From: a bacterium
GTDB taxonomy: Bacteria; UBA8248; JACPRG01; G963555815
Length of the DNA stretch: 64,000 nt
Assembly (NCBI GenBank): GCA_965218795.1
Contig: OZ244653.1
Coordinates: 768,001-832,000, forward strand
Reading direction: 5' to 3'
The notes under the pieces are model-generated. The model saw only the letters and a program-made list of their open reading frames with translations, was not told the DNA's origin and searched no databases. The translations under genes and the position numbers were made by a program. Below are positions 10,948-21,854 of this stretch, piece after piece. Positions within the stretch are counted from its first letter, which is position 1, and each line of letters opens with the position of its first letter.

Positions 10948-11159
10948 TATAAAGAAAACGGTGCCGGGAACCTGGACAAATCTCTGTTCCGAGCCAGGTA
11001 AAGCAAATCCCCGCTATCCTAGAGGCAGCAGTTTCCCCACGAGATACCACACAGCGCAAATAAGCTGGTGGCCACACTTGCCCCGACTCTTGCGGGCGGT
11101 CAATCAACCGGTTAGATTTCAATCGAACGGATTCGGGCTCAAACCGGAAGGGGCGCTCA

Positions 11160-11960
11160 TTGAGACTGGAAGATAAAGTGGCTCTCGTTACGGGCGGCAG
11201 CCGGGGGGTCGGCCTGGGGATCTGCACATGCTTGGCGGAGGAGGGGGCGTCGGTCATCGTCGCCGATGTCGACGCCGAGACCGCGGATGAGGCGGCGAAC
11301 GCCCTGAGCAAGCAGGAAAACAAGCCCCTCGCGCTGCTCATGGACGTGCGGGATGAATCCTCAGTCCGCGAGGGCGTGCGAAAAACCCTGGAACATTTCG
11401 GCCGGATCGACATTCTTGTCAATAACGCGGGCGTCCTGGGCGGACGGGTTCTGGGCGTTCCGCTGACCGACCTGTCCGTTGAGGACTGGGACCGGGCCTA
11501 CGAGGTCAACACGCGGGGGACCTTCCTGGTCTGCCGGGAGGTTGCCCCGCACATGAAGGAGCGGCGCTCCGGGAGTATCCTGAACGTGTCCTCCCGCGCG
11601 GGTCGGGACGGGCGCGAGACGCTTCCTCATTACGGGAGCGCGAAGGCGGCGGTGATCAACTTCACGATGGCGCTGGCCAAGGAGATGGCCCCGTATTTCG
11701 TGACCGTCAATGCGGTCTGCCCCGGACTGCTCTGGACGCCCATGTGGAACGACCTGGGAAAGCTTTACGCCGAGAAGTTCCCTGAATTTCGGGGGATGAC
11801 GCCCCGGCAGGTCTTTGACGAGTTCGTGAACCGTCAGCCGCTCAGAAGGGAGCAGACCACGGAGGACATCGGCCGCGCGGCCGTATTCCTTGTATCCGGA
11901 GACGCGCGGAATATTACCGGCCAAGCCCTTCTGGTGGATGGTGGTTCGGTAATGTTTTGA
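11160..11960 (+). CDS. SDR family NAD(P)-dependent oxidoreductase
   Basis: TGGSRGVG, LVNNAG, YGSAK catalytic motif. Confidence 0.93.
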   Translation: MRLEDKVALVTGGSRGVGLGICTCLAEEGASVIVADVDAETADEAANALSKQENKPLALLMDVRDESSVREGVRKTLEHFGRIDILVNNAGVLGGRVLGVPLTDLSVEDWDRAYEVNTRGTFLVCREVAPHMKERRSGSILNVSSRAGRDGRETLPHYGSAKAAVINFTMALAKEMAPYFVTVNAVCPGLLWTPMWNDLGKLYAEKFPEFRGMTPRQVFDEFVNRQPLRREQTTEDIGRAAVFLVSGDARNITGQALLVDGGSVMF

Positions 11961-12180
11961 TTTCAATTTCAAATATATATGTGCTATTCTTTAATGTATT
12001 TATGAAGGATAGGCGGAAGGCGCAGTCAAGTTCGGATGAGTGTTGCCTGTTCCACTTGGAAAGCCTATTCTTTCAAGTAGATCAGACGGCGGTCCGGAAG
12101 TGTGGGGAGAGCCGCGTATATGGACCGTGCTGAAGAAGATGAGGGTCTGCGGGCCTGCAACCAACCCACGTGGAGATGAG

Positions 12181-14997
12181 ATGTTCGGATTCATCAGAAA
12201 GGTCGTCGGGAGCAAGAACGACCGAGAGCTCAAGCGTATTGGTGCATACGTCGAGCGGACCAACGCGTTCGAACCGGAGATGCAGAAGCTCTCCGACAAC
12301 CAGTTGCGCGGGAAGAAGTCCGAGTTCAGGAAACGGCTGGAAGAGGACGCGACGCTGGAGGACCTGATACCGGAAGCCTTTGCCGCGTGCCGAGAGGTTT
12401 CCCGCCGCAAGCTCAACATGCGGCACTTCGACGTTCAGCTGATGGGCGGGGTGGTCCTCCACGAAGGAAAGATCTCCGAGATGAAGACCGGCGAAGGCAA
12501 GACCTTGGTCGCCACGCTGGCCGTCTACCTGAACGCGCTGGAGGGAAAAGGGGTCCACCTCGTCACGGTCAACGATTACCTGGCCGGGCGCGACGCCGAA
12601 TGGATGGGCTCGCTCTATGAAGGGCTTGGCCTCACCGTCGGGGTCATCCAGCACGACATGGACGACGCCGACCGCCAGCAGGCCTATGCCTGCGACGTAA
12701 CCTACGGGACGAACAACGAGTTCGGCTTCGATTACCTGCGCGACAACATGAAGTTCTCCGTGGAGGAGATGGTCCAGCCCGAGCTGAATTTCGCCATCGT
12801 GGACGAGGTGGACAGCATCCTGATCGACGAGGCCCGGACGCCGCTCATCATATCGGGTCCGGCCGAGCAATCCACCGACCTGTACTATAAAATCGACCGC
12901 CTCATTTCCCCCATGCTCAAGGTCAAGGAAGGGTTCGAGGAAGAAGAGAGCGTCGAGGAGGATCTGCCCGATTCCGAAAAGGACGCTATCAGCAAGGTCA
13001 AATACGAATACCTGACGGTGGACGAGAAGAGCCGGACGGCCACCCTGAACGAATCTGGTATGCCCGAGATGGAAAAGCGCCTCCAGAAGGCGGGACTGAT
13101 GGATTCGGGCAGCCTGTTCGACCTGGAACAGATCGAAATCCTGCATCACGTCAATCAGGCCCTGAAGGCCCACGTCCTGTTCCAGCGAGACGTGGACTAT
13201 GTCGTCCAGGAGGGACAGGTGGTCATCGTGGACGAGTTCACCGGACGAACGATGCCCGGCCGTCGTTACAGCGAAGGCCTCCACCAGGCCCTGGAGGCCA
13301 AAGAGCACGTCAAGATCGAGAACGAGAACCAGACCCTCGCCACGATCACCTTTCAGAACTATTTCCGAATGTACAACAAGCTGGCGGGAATGACCGGGAC
13401 GGCGGACACCGAGGCCGCGGAGTTCGCTCAGATATACAACCTGGACGTCGTCGTGGTTCCGACCAACCAGACGCTCATCCGGACCGAGTACCCCGACGTG
13501 GTCTACCGGACCGAGTCTGAGAAGTACGATGCCGCGGTGAACGAGATCGCCGAGTGCCATGAGCGCGGCCAGCCCACTCTCGTCGGCACCGGGTCCATCG
13601 AGAACTCCGAGAAGGTCAGCAAGCTCCTGAAGCGGCGGGGGATCCCTCATAACGTGTTGAACGCCAAAAACCACGCCCGGGAGGCGGATTTCATCGCACA
13701 GGCGGGCCGGCTCAAGGCCGTGACGATCTCAACGAACATGGCGGGCCGCGGGACGGATATCCTTCTGGGCGGCAACCCGGAGTTTCTGGCGAAGACCGCG
13801 GCGGCCGGCGATGAGCGCTCGACGTTCGAAGCCGAGTTCCCCAAGTATCAGGAGATCTGTGATCAGGAGCATCAGGATGTCGTCGCTCTCGGCGGTCTGC
13901 ACGTCATCGGCACCGAGCGACACGAGAGCCGCCGCATCGACAATCAGCTTCGCGGCCGCTCGGGCCGTCAGGGCGATCCGGGCTCCTCCCGTTTCTATCT
14001 GTCTCTGGAGGACAGCCTTCTCCGCATCTTCGGCTCGGACCGCATCAGCGGGATCATGGAAAAACTGGGCATGGAAGAGGGCGAGCCCATTGAGCACAAC
14101 ATGGTCACCAAGGCCATCGGCAATGCCCAGAAGAAGGTGGAGGCCTATCACTTCGACATCCGCAAACATCTCCTGGAATACGACGACGTGATGAACAAGC
14201 AGCGGGAGGTCATCTACGACCAGCGGCGGGAGGTCATCGACGGCGGGAACAGCCGCGAGATGCTCTTCAGCATGGTCGAGGACGTGGCCGAGGCCGCCGT
14301 CGGCCAGTACCTGGACAACGATCTCCATCCGGATGATTGGGATTTGGACGGGCTGGTGCAGGCCCTGGAACGGCTGTTCAATCTGGAGGTCGAGCGGAAC
14401 GGCTTCATGATCTCCCTGGGCGGGAGCCAAAACTGGATCAGCTTGGAGGAGTCCACGCCGGACGAAGTGACCGAGCAGGTCATGGCCGCCATTGCGCAGG
14501 CCTACAAGGGAAAGGAAGAGGCGACGGGAGAGGATACACTCCGCTTTCTGGAGCGGCTGGTCATGCTGCAGATCATCGACGACCAGTGGAAGGACCACCT
14601 CCTGGCCATGGACCACCTCAAGGAAGGCATCGGGTTCCGGGGTTACGCCCAAAAGAATCCGCTCAACGAATACAAACGGGAGGGATTCGACATCTTCTCG
14701 TCCATGATGGACCGTATCAAGGAGGAGATCCCGGAATACCTGCTCCGCGTCCAGGTGAGCCCGGATGAGGAGGGGATGGACGAAGGCCTGTTGGGCCGCC
14801 GGGGGGCACGGATGTTCGAGCACCGCGGCGAGGAGATGGCGCCTTCGTCCTACGAGGGCGAAGACGAGTTGGTTGCGAACACCTCGGAGCCCGCTGCGGT
14901 CGAGACTTACCGGCGCGACGGACGGAAGATCGGCCGGAACGAATCCTGCCCCTGCGGAAGCGGGAAAAAATACAAGCACTGCCACGGAAGGACCTGA
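12181..14997 (+). CDS. secA: preprotein translocase subunit SecA
   Basis: [42 protein letters not shown]-terminal [19 protein letters not shown]; start placed at MFGFIRK after GGAG. Confidence 0.98.
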   Translation: MFGFIRKVVGSKNDRELKRIGAYVERTNAFEPEMQKLSDNQLRGKKSEFRKRLEEDATLEDLIPEAFAACREVSRRKLNMRHFDVQLMGGVVLHEGKISEMKTGEGKTLVATLAVYLNALEGKGVHLVTVNDYLAGRDAEWMGSLYEGLGLTVGVIQHDMDDADRQQAYACDVTYGTNNEFGFDYLRDNMKFSVEEMVQPELNFAIVDEVDSILIDEARTPLIISGPAEQSTDLYYKIDRLISPMLKVKEGFEEEESVEEDLPDSEKDAISKVKYEYLTVDEKSRTATLNESGMPEMEKRLQKAGLMDSGSLFDLEQIEILHHVNQALKAHVLFQRDVDYVVQEGQVVIVDEFTGRTMPGRRYSEGLHQALEAKEHVKIENENQTLATITFQNYFRMYNKLAGMTGTADTEAAEFAQIYNLDVVVVPTNQTLIRTEYPDVVYRTESEKYDAAVNEIAECHERGQPTLVGTGSIENSEKVSKLLKRRGIPHNVLNAKNHAREADFIAQAGRLKAVTISTNMAGRGTDILLGGNPEFLAKTAAAGDERSTFEAEFPKYQEICDQEHQDVVALGGLHVIGTERHESRRIDNQLRGRSGRQGDPGSSRFYLSLEDSLLRIFGSDRISGIMEKLGMEEGEPIEHNMVTKAIGNAQKKVEAYHFDIRKHLLEYDDVMNKQREVIYDQRREVIDGGNSREMLFSMVEDVAEAAVGQYLDNDLHPDDWDLDGLVQALERLFNLEVERNGFMISLGGSQNWISLEESTPDEVTEQVMAAIAQAYKGKEEATGEDTLRFLERLVMLQIIDDQWKDHLLAMDHLKEGIGFRGYAQKNPLNEYKREGFDIFSSMMDRIKEEIPEYLLRVQVSPDEEGMDEGLLGRRGARMFEHRGEEMAPSSYEGEDELVANTSEPAAVETYRRDGRKIGRNESCPCGSGKKYKHCHGRT

Positions 14998-15001
14998 TCG
15001 G

Positions 15002-15823
15002 TTGGGGTTCAAGATCGCCGGTATCCAGATGAAGTGCACCCCGGAGAAGGATCGAAACCTGAAGCGGGCTTTGGAGTTGGGGAGCCTGGCCGCCGACCAG
15101 GGAGCCCGCCTCATCTGTTTTCAAGAGCTGTTTCACACGCGCTGGTTTCCCCGTAACTCAGATCCCGATGCCCAAGACCTGGCCGAGCCGATTCCCGGTC
15201 CCACGGTGGATCGCTTGGCCCTCGAGGCGCTGAAGTGGAAGGCAGCGGTCATCGCGCCGATCTTTGAGCGGGACGAGCAGGGCCGGGGATTCAACTCCGC
15301 CGCCGTCATCGACGAGAAGGGGGATCTGCAAGGGGTCTACCGAAAGGTTCACGTGCCGCATTTCGATTTGTGGGAGGAGCGCTCCTACTTTGAACCGGGC
15401 GACAGGGGGTTTCCCGTCTTCGACCTGGGTTTCGTCCGGCTCGGGGTCCTCATCTGCTGGGACGTCTTCTTCCCGGAGGGCGCGCGGGCTTTGGCCCTGG
15501 GGGGCGCTCAGTTGATCGCCGCGCCCACGGCGGCGGCCTTCGCCAGCCACCTGCGGTGGGAGACCGTCCTGCGGTCCCACGCCATTACCAACGGAGTGTA
15601 CGTCCTTCGGGTGAACCGGGTCGGTAGCGAAGAAGAGCAGGATTTCTACGGCGCAAGCTTTTGCGCGGATCCCGAAGGAGACCTCGTGGGCGAGCCGAGC
15701 GGCATGACAGACGGCGTCCTCCTTGCGGATATTGATCCGGCCCGCGTCGACCAGGTTCGGAACGAGTGGACCTACATCTCCGACCGACGCCCCGACGTCT
15801 ACGGATCGATCGTACGGGAGTAA
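15002..15823 (+). CDS. carbon-nitrogen hydrolase (nitrilase family, N-carbamoylputrescine amidase-like)
   Basis: CFQELF, YRKVHVP, GVLICWD (Glu-Lys-Cys triad), DRRPDVY. Confidence 0.9.
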   Translation: MGFKIAGIQMKCTPEKDRNLKRALELGSLAADQGARLICFQELFHTRWFPRNSDPDAQDLAEPIPGPTVDRLALEALKWKAAVIAPIFERDEQGRGFNSAAVIDEKGDLQGVYRKVHVPHFDLWEERSYFEPGDRGFPVFDLGFVRLGVLICWDVFFPEGARALALGGAQLIAAPTAAAFASHLRWETVLRSHAITNGVYVLRVNRVGSEEEQDFYGASFCADPEGDLVGEPSGMTDGVLLADIDPARVDQVRNEWTYISDRRPDVYGSIVRE

Positions 15824-15864
15824 GCGGCGGCAGCTCCGCCTTCCCCTTGGATTGGGTTTGCCGC

Positions 15865-16209
15865 ATGGCAAGTTCTTGGAGGGCCTCCTTGTCGCTCAGG
15901 ATACTCTCGGCTTTCCTCATCGCACTCACGCTGGTTGCCTGCGGGCCGTCCTGGCGGGCCCGCTTCGTGAGAGAATCTGTTGATCAAGCGACCCGGGATT
16001 CCGTAACAAAGAGGCTGGGCGCGCCCCACTTCACCCGCGAACTGGACTCCGGCGGGTCCGTCTGGGTCTATCAGTACAAAGGGTCACGGCCGTTTTTGAC
16101 GACGTTTCGCAGTCACGCCCAGGGCGGCGGCTCCTACTGCACGGAGTTCATCCTGACCTTCGACGAGAAGAAGATCCTCCGTGAGTGGAAAGCCCACGAT
16201 TGTAATTAG
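15865..16209 (+). CDS. small lipoprotein (SmpA/BamE-like)
   Basis: Signal peptide with LVAC lipobox; LGAP...VWVYQY...FILTFDEKKILREW. Confidence 0.6.
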   Translation: MASSWRASLSLRILSAFLIALTLVACGPSWRARFVRESVDQATRDSVTKRLGAPHFTRELDSGGSVWVYQYKGSRPFLTTFRSHAQGGGSYCTEFILTFDEKKILREWKAHDCN

Positions 16210-16283
16210 ATTCGAAGGGAAACCGGGGGCCAAGCCCTCTACAAACCTTATCCCCAACGCCGCGCGCTGAGACGTCTCGCTCC

Positions 16284-16730
16284 GTGTGTCCTTCTGATGG
16301 CCTTGTCCCTTGCGGCTTGCTCCTTTGTTCAGAAGATGGGGGGGAATCCGTATCAGGCCCTGCTCTGTTAGCCCGAGACCGGATCCCCGCCGTACCCCCG
16401 GTCATCTTTCATCACGGGATGGTCGTAGGCCTTCATGGACTCTCGGGCGCCTCCGAGCGGAGGTATTCGCTGGAGTCGTTTTGTCACGCCCTGGCGGGGG
16501 ACGGTTACCTGGCTTCCCTCCCGGTCCGGAGGCTCCAAACCCCCGGCCCGTCATGGCGGTGGATGACCGGGGCGGTACAGCCGGAGCAACACCGACTGCC
16601 GTCCGGGTCCGACGCGCGCCCACCGACTGTTTTACGCGGTCGGCCCTACTGGTCGGCCGTGCGGGCGTTCCTGGACAAGTATGTGAAGTCATCCGAGGAT
16701 TTCTCTTTCCGGTTCGGCTCGGATTCATGA
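16284..16730 (+). pseudogene. possible degraded alpha/beta (dienelactone-type) hydrolase fragment
   Basis: PPVIFHHG...FCHALAGDGYLASLPVRR and a C-terminal YWSAVRAFLDKY, with the middle missing. Confidence 0.35.
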
Positions 16731-16794
16731 TCGAGTTCCCGGCCTTCGGTCGTCTCCCTCCAATCCTTTCCGCATCATTTGTTTCGGTTTTTCT

Positions 16795-16824
16795 AATCCG
16801 GCAAATCTGTGTAATCTGTGGATT
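16795..16824. repeat. short palindromic intergenic repeat (AATCCGGCAAATCTGTGTAATCTGTGGATT)
   Basis: Internal ATCTGTG tandem duplication with AATCC/GGATT arms; resembles repeats seen around accessory genes. Confidence 0.4.
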
Positions 16825-16969
16825 CAATCTCAACATGGAGAATGGAATGGACGCCTCCCACTCCCTGATGTCGGACGGCGAGAGGGCTAAAGTGGACCCA
16901 CGGGGGCCGACGGCATCACAGTGCCCAAGGGGGAAGAACAAACTCTTCCCAAGCCAACCGGAGGGTCCA

Positions 16970-17999
16970 ATGATGAAGACTGGCAGAACGGTCGTGGGCG
17001 TGGATACGGCGAAAAGGGTGTTTCAACTGTACTGGGTCGACATGGAGACGGGCGAGATCATGGGTCTGAGGCTGACACGGGCGAAGTTCCTGGAGCACTT
17101 CGCCAATCGCGCGCCGTGCCTGATTGGCATGGAGGCGTGCGGCGGCTCGCAGCACTGGTCGCGCCGGCTGCAGGAGCTGGGCCACGCGGTCAGGCTTCTG
17201 CCGGCAAAGATGGTCAGACCGTTCGTGGGCGGCAACAAGAGCGATGTACATGACGCACGCGCGCTCTGGACGGCGGTGCAGCAGCCCGGCATCAAGACGG
17301 TTGCGCTCAAGAGCGAGGAGCAACAGGCGGTCCTGGTGCTGCATCGCATGCGCCAGCAGCTGGTGAAGTTCCACACCGCCCAGATCAACGGCCTGCGTGG
17401 TCTGTTGGCCGAATACGGCGAAGTCATGCCGCAAGGCCGGGCCGGTATGAGGGGGGGGTATGGCCGTGGCCCTTGAGCGGGTCTCGGAACGATTGCCGGC
17501 GATGGTCGTGGAGACCTTGCGTGAGCAGTGGGCGCGTGTGGCCCGGCTCGACGAGGAGATTGGTGATATCGAGCGGCGGCTCAAGCTGTGGCATCGGGAC
17601 AATGCGGCCAGCCAGCGGATCGCGGAGATCCCCGGTGTCGGGGTGCTGAGCGCGACCGCCGCGGTGGCCGCGATGGTCGATCCGGGCGCGTTCAAGTCCG
17701 GCCGGGAGTTTGCCGCCTGGCTGGGTCTGGTGCCCCGACACAGCGGCACCGGCGGGCGGGTTCGCATGCTCGGCATCTCCAAGCGCGGGGACACCTACCT
17801 GCGGACCCTGCTGATCCACGGCGCCCGCTCGGTGCTCACCCACACCAAGGCGCCGCCGGAGTGGCGGGTGCGACTGGCCGAGCGCCGGCCGGCGAACGTC
17901 GTCGCTGTTGCGCTGGCGAACAAGACGGCGCGCACGATCTGGGCCTTGCTGGCCCATGCCCGGGCGTACCAACCAAATTTTGTCAGTCAGGCCGCGTAA
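16970..17999 (+). CDS. IS110/IS1111 DEDD recombinase, split by a frameshift in G8 (17451-17458)
   Basis: VGVDTAK, IGMEACGG, KSDVHDA; second frame has IPGVG, FAAWLGLVP, GISKRGDTYLRTLLIHGARS, ALANKTAR. Confidence 0.92.
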
Positions 18000-18059
18000 G
18001 CGCGGTTGGCGACAGGAACCACCAACCAAGGAGGTGGCACGCTGAAAGGTTGCGCAAGG

Positions 18060-18225
18060 TACGACAAGGTGTGATGGCCAACAGGTCAGACCGCGATCCG
18101 CCAAGCCTGCATGTCGTCAGGGGCGAAAAGCCCTCAAGGAGAATGAGGCGCGGGTCGGCAGATTCCATCGGGGCCAGCAGGCACAAGCCCTGCACAAACA
18201 GGCCGCATATAGAACTGCAACCTGT
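18060..18225 (+). ncRNA. predicted bridge/seekRNA of the IS1111 element
   Basis: Two stem/internal-loop/stem domains whose loops match the target flanks (GTCGTC 18113-18118; CAAGGAGA 18135-18142) and donor ends (ATTCCAT 18162-18168; CATATA 18206-18211); boundaries approximate. Confidence 0.7.
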
Positions 18226-18280
18226 TGTCCGGAAACACCAAATCGTCCCTCGCAAACCGGGAGGCGTCCATATAAACGAT

Positions 18281-19513
18281 ATGAATTCCGTGAAGTATCT
18301 GCTTATCGGTGGCGGGTTGGCTTCCAACCGGGCCGCCAAGACGCTTCGCCAAAAGGACTCGGAGGGTTCCATCCTTTTGGTGGGGGAAGAACCGCACGTC
18401 CCGTATAACCGGCCTCCTCTGTCGAAAGAATTCCTGCGCGGGGAGAATCCGAGGGGGAAATTGTTTTTCGATCAGGAAGGATACTACGGCGAAAAGATGA
18501 TTGGTCTCAGCCTGAACGCCCGGGTGGCGGAGCTGGACCCGGCGGGAAAGTCCGCGAAGCTGGAGGGGGGCGAGACCGTTGCGTTTGAAAAGGCATTCAT
18601 CGCCACGGGCGGACGGCCCGTCAGGCTGAGTGTTGCCGGCGCGGACCTGGACGGCGTTCACTACCTGCGCGATCTGGACGACACGGAAGCCATCGCGGCC
18701 GAGGCGGAGGAGGGCAAGCGCGCGGTCATCGTGGGGGCCGGCTTCATCGGCCTGGAAATCGCGGCGTCCTTGAGGCAGATGGGTGTCGAGGTGAACGTGG
18801 TCGAGGCGGAATCGCGAATCTGGTCCCGATTCACGGACGAGACGCTTTCCGGCTTTTTCCAGAATTACTGCGCGGAGAAGGGGATCACCTTCCACACGGG
18901 GGATACGGTTTTCGGGATCCTCGGCGAGGGACGGCCTTCTGCCGTGACAACGGCATCGGGGAAGGAGATCGCGTGCGACTTCGTCGTCATCGCCATCGGC
19001 ATCGTGCCCAACGTGGAGCTCGCCGAAGGCGCGGGGCTGGAGGTGGATAACGGCATCGTCGTCAACGAGTTTCTGCAAACCTCGAATCCGGATGTATACG
19101 CCGGCGGTGACTGCGCGAATTATCCGGACCCGGTGTTCGGCAAGCGGCGACGGGTGGAGCACTGGGGCCATGCGGGGTATTGCGGCACGCTGGCGGCCCA
19201 GAATATGTCGGGCGAGAAGAACAGGTACGACCATTTAACGACCGTCTGGTCCGACATCTTTGATCTCAAACTTCTGTTCGGCGGTGACGAGCACGAATTC
19301 GACCGGGTGCTGTTACGCGGGAAGCTGGAGGAGAAATCATTTGTGGCGTTTTATCTGAAAGAGAATCTTGTCCGGGCCTATTTCTCCGTGAACTCCGACA
19401 TGAAGCTGCTGCGCTTTTATCAGCGATTGATCAGGGAGAACATCGACCTCAGCGGCAAGGAAGTACAGCTCCGGGACCCGGAATTCGATGTGAAGGAATT
19501 TTTTTCGGAATAG
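18281..19513 (+). CDS. FAD/NAD(P)H-dependent oxidoreductase (ferredoxin reductase/AIF-like)
   Basis: IGGGLAS, PYNRPPLSKEFL, ATGG, VGAGFIGLE, YAGGD, RRVEHW, WSDIFD. Confidence 0.9.
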   Translation: MNSVKYLLIGGGLASNRAAKTLRQKDSEGSILLVGEEPHVPYNRPPLSKEFLRGENPRGKLFFDQEGYYGEKMIGLSLNARVAELDPAGKSAKLEGGETVAFEKAFIATGGRPVRLSVAGADLDGVHYLRDLDDTEAIAAEAEEGKRAVIVGAGFIGLEIAASLRQMGVEVNVVEAESRIWSRFTDETLSGFFQNYCAEKGITFHTGDTVFGILGEGRPSAVTTASGKEIACDFVVIAIGIVPNVELAEGAGLEVDNGIVVNEFLQTSNPDVYAGGDCANYPDPVFGKRRRVEHWGHAGYCGTLAAQNMSGEKNRYDHLTTVWSDIFDLKLLFGGDEHEFDRVLLRGKLEEKSFVAFYLKENLVRAYFSVNSDMKLLRFYQRLIRENIDLSGKEVQLRDPEFDVKEFFSE

Positions 19514-19572
19514 GGCTTTGGGCTGGCTCATGCCCCGGCCCATACCTGTTTCATCAGCGGGCCCAGGGCGGC

Positions 19573-20763
19573 TTACGGTGGTTGATCAGCGTCGCGTCGC
19601 TTTCCTTGCGCAGAACGGTCAAGGTCCGTGACCTTGCGGAAGTGGGGCATGACTTCCGAGGCGAACATCTCAAGATTCTTGCGGGCGAGGTCGTGGGGCA
19701 GGCTGCCGAAGTGAAGCACCGCCACCAGCAGACCGAAGCCCGACTCTTTCTGGCATTCCTCCAGTTGTTGCCGCACGGTCTCCGCGCTTCCGACCAGGAT
19801 CATCCGCTTCTCCAGAAGATCGCGCGGCACAGTCCTCTTGCTCTGGGTCTTGAGCTTGTCCCCCAGGATCCGCGCCATCGATTTTTCGGAAACGTAACCC
19901 GGGGGGAAGAGGAGGTGGGGGGTCGTCTGAAGGTACCGGTTGAAAAGGCAGTCGATGTGCGGCTCGGCCTCTTTCCAGGCGATCTCGTCCGTCTCGGCGA
20001 CGTAGATCGGGGCGGACCAGCCCAGCTGCTCGGGTTCGGCTTCGTATCCGCTTTTCCGCGCCTCTTCCTTGTACTCCTCATGGAGCGTCCTGACGTGGGA
20101 GAAGGGGCTGTAGATCTGGATGTAGGGATGCCGGTTTCGGGCAGCGAAGGAGATCGTTTCCGCGCTCCCCATGGATGGCATCCAGATGGGCGGGCAGGGC
20201 TTCTGGTAAGGACGCGGCCAGGTGTTGACGCAGCGGAAGTTGTAGTGCTTCCCCTCGAAGGCGAACGGGCCCGGCTCGGTCCAGGCGCGAATGATCAAGT
20301 CCAGGGCCTCGTAGAACCGGTCGCGCGAGGTCGTCGGGTCCATGCTGAACGCGGTGAACTCGGTCCCGATGCCGCGCACGACACCGGAGACGATTCGCCC
20401 TTGGGTGATCACGTCCAGCATGGCCACTTCCTCGGCCACGCGAAGGGGGTGGTTGCGCAGGTTGATGGCGTTTCCGAGGATCGCGATCCTGGCCCGGGAG
20501 GTCCGGCGGGCGAGGGCGGCCGCGATGATGTTGGGCGCGGGCATCAGGCCGTAGCAGGTCTGGTGATGCTCGTTGACGCAAATGGCGTCGAAGCCCAGCT
20601 CGTCGGCTCTCTCTAGAATGTCCAGGTAGGTGTTGTAGAGCTCATGCCCGAGCTCGGGGTCGTAATAATGGTTGGGGAGGGTGGCCCACGAGGAATCGTG
20701 CTTTTCGAGGTAATCCTCGGGCATATGGATATACGGCATCAGGTGAAAGTAACAGAACAGCAT
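19573..20763 (-). CDS. LLM class (luciferase-like) flavin-dependent oxidoreductase
   Basis: LGFDAICVNEHH, HPLRVAEEVAMLD, WPRPYQKPCPPIW. Confidence 0.92.
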   Translation of the reverse strand: MLFCYFHLMPYIHMPEDYLEKHDSSWATLPNHYYDPELGHELYNTYLDILERADELGFDAICVNEHHQTCYGLMPAPNIIAAALARRTSRARIAILGNAINLRNHPLRVAEEVAMLDVITQGRIVSGVVRGIGTEFTAFSMDPTTSRDRFYEALDLIIRAWTEPGPFAFEGKHYNFRCVNTWPRPYQKPCPPIWMPSMGSAETISFAARNRHPYIQIYSPFSHVRTLHEEYKEEARKSGYEAEPEQLGWSAPIYVAETDEIAWKEAEPHIDCLFNRYLQTTPHLLFPPGYVSEKSMARILGDKLKTQSKRTVPRDLLEKRMILVGSAETVRQQLEECQKESGFGLLVAVLHFGSLPHDLARKNLEMFASEVMPHFRKVTDLDRSAQGKRRDADQPP

Positions 20764-21167
20764 GTCGCGGGCCTGCCCCTGTCCACAAAGAGAAGTTGAG
20801 GTTACGCTCGTAAAAGTCTACCCGTGTGGATGGGTTGGGGCAACCTTGGAGTCGCCGGACTCGATTTTCAGCGCTTCAACGGCAGCCGAATAATCTCATT
20901 TCAAACTGCGGCGGCCAGTGACCCAAAGCCGCCGGATTGTCATTTTTTCGCTCCCGACAGGCCAGTGCTTGATCCTTTGTTGCAATTTGTCCCATTTGAT
21001 CCCTGTCTGGGGCTTGCCAACTTCAACTTGGGTCCTGGGACCGGATTGGGCGTAAAATCTTCGAGGAGGCTGAAGTGTCGGGAAGGCGTCAAGGAGGCCC
21101 CCAGTCCCCATCGGCTGAGCCGTTGCCGACCGTATCAACCGGGTCGCCTACTTCCCGCGAATACCTG

Positions 21168-21854
21168 ATGAATCGGATGAGAGGAGAAACCGGATTGACG
21201 GCTGACGAGAAACAAGCCCGCGAAGTGGTTGAGGAGTTCGTGATCCCGAGGGGGTCGGCGAAAGCGTTCTTTCTCCGGAAGGGTCACGTCTTGCGCATCA
21301 CGGCTCACGAGGGGAAGCAGGTAGCGGACGTCAAATTCATCAATGCTCACGATACCAGGGAGCAGGTTTGCGCCTGGTGGTCATCCTGTCTCAACTCTGA
21401 GCGTCCGAGCGGCGAGATTCTCGGAGGCACAAAGAGAATCACGGAGCTTTACTCGAAACCGCCCTGGGAACGGGTGATGCTTCGCGTCATCGATGACAAG
21501 GTGGGCGACCATCTCTTCAACGGGTCGTGTTCGCCGAAGGTCCGGGAGCTGATGCCGGGAGACGAGTATCTGGGCGACAAGACGTGCGTCGAGCTTTTCG
21601 CGGAATGCCTGAAGCCGCATGGGATCGGCCTTGAGGATCTCGATGGCTCCGGCACTTTCAACGTGTTCATGCCCGTGCGCTTCAAGGATGACGAAAACGG
21701 CACCTGGGTGTTTCTTCCGCCGTCATGCGAAAAGGGCGACTCCATAGAGTTCCTGGCGGAGATGGACATCCTGGTGGCCGCCACCTCATGCCCCCAGGTC
21801 AACATCATCAACGACTTCGACCCAAAGGCGATGAAGTACGAGATCCTGATCTGA
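21168..21854 (+). CDS. DUF1989 / urea carboxylase-associated family protein
   Basis: EGKQVAD, HLFNGSC, FNVFM, GDSIEFLAEMDILVAATSCPQ. Confidence 0.85.
   Translation: MNRMRGETGLTADEKQAREVVEEFVIPRGSAKAFFLRKGHVLRITAHEGKQVADVKFINAHDTREQVCAWWSSCLNSERPSGEILGGTKRITELYSKPPWERVMLRVIDDKVGDHLFNGSCSPKVRELMPGDEYLGDKTCVELFAECLKPHGIGLEDLDGSGTFNVFMPVRFKDDENGTWVFLPPSCEKGDSIEFLAEMDILVAATSCPQVNIINDFDPKAMKYEILI

Larger units (their letters stand above)
16842..18274 (+). mobile_element. IS1111-type IS110-family element
   Basis: 13-bp subterminal inverted repeats ATGGACGCCTCCC (16847-16859) / GGGAGGCGTCCAT (18259-18271); long right non-coding region; no target duplication. Confidence 0.9.

Noticed and set aside
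9917-10954. Target-site duplication of IS481
   Set aside because: The flanks GTAAAG and TATAAA are not identical direct repeats.
12082-15114. Long antisense ORFs over secA (similar ones over hsdR, moeA and gltX)
   Set aside because: Typical high-GC shadow ORFs with no recognisable motifs.
17588-18280. 641-aa ORF suggesting a transposase-oxidoreductase fusion
   Set aside because: The N-terminal part is an alternate-frame read-through of the IS; the real protein starts at ATG 18281.
20896-21138. 80-aa ORF between the LLM and DUF1989 genes
   Set aside because: No recognisable motif or RBS; likely part of a divergent promoter region.
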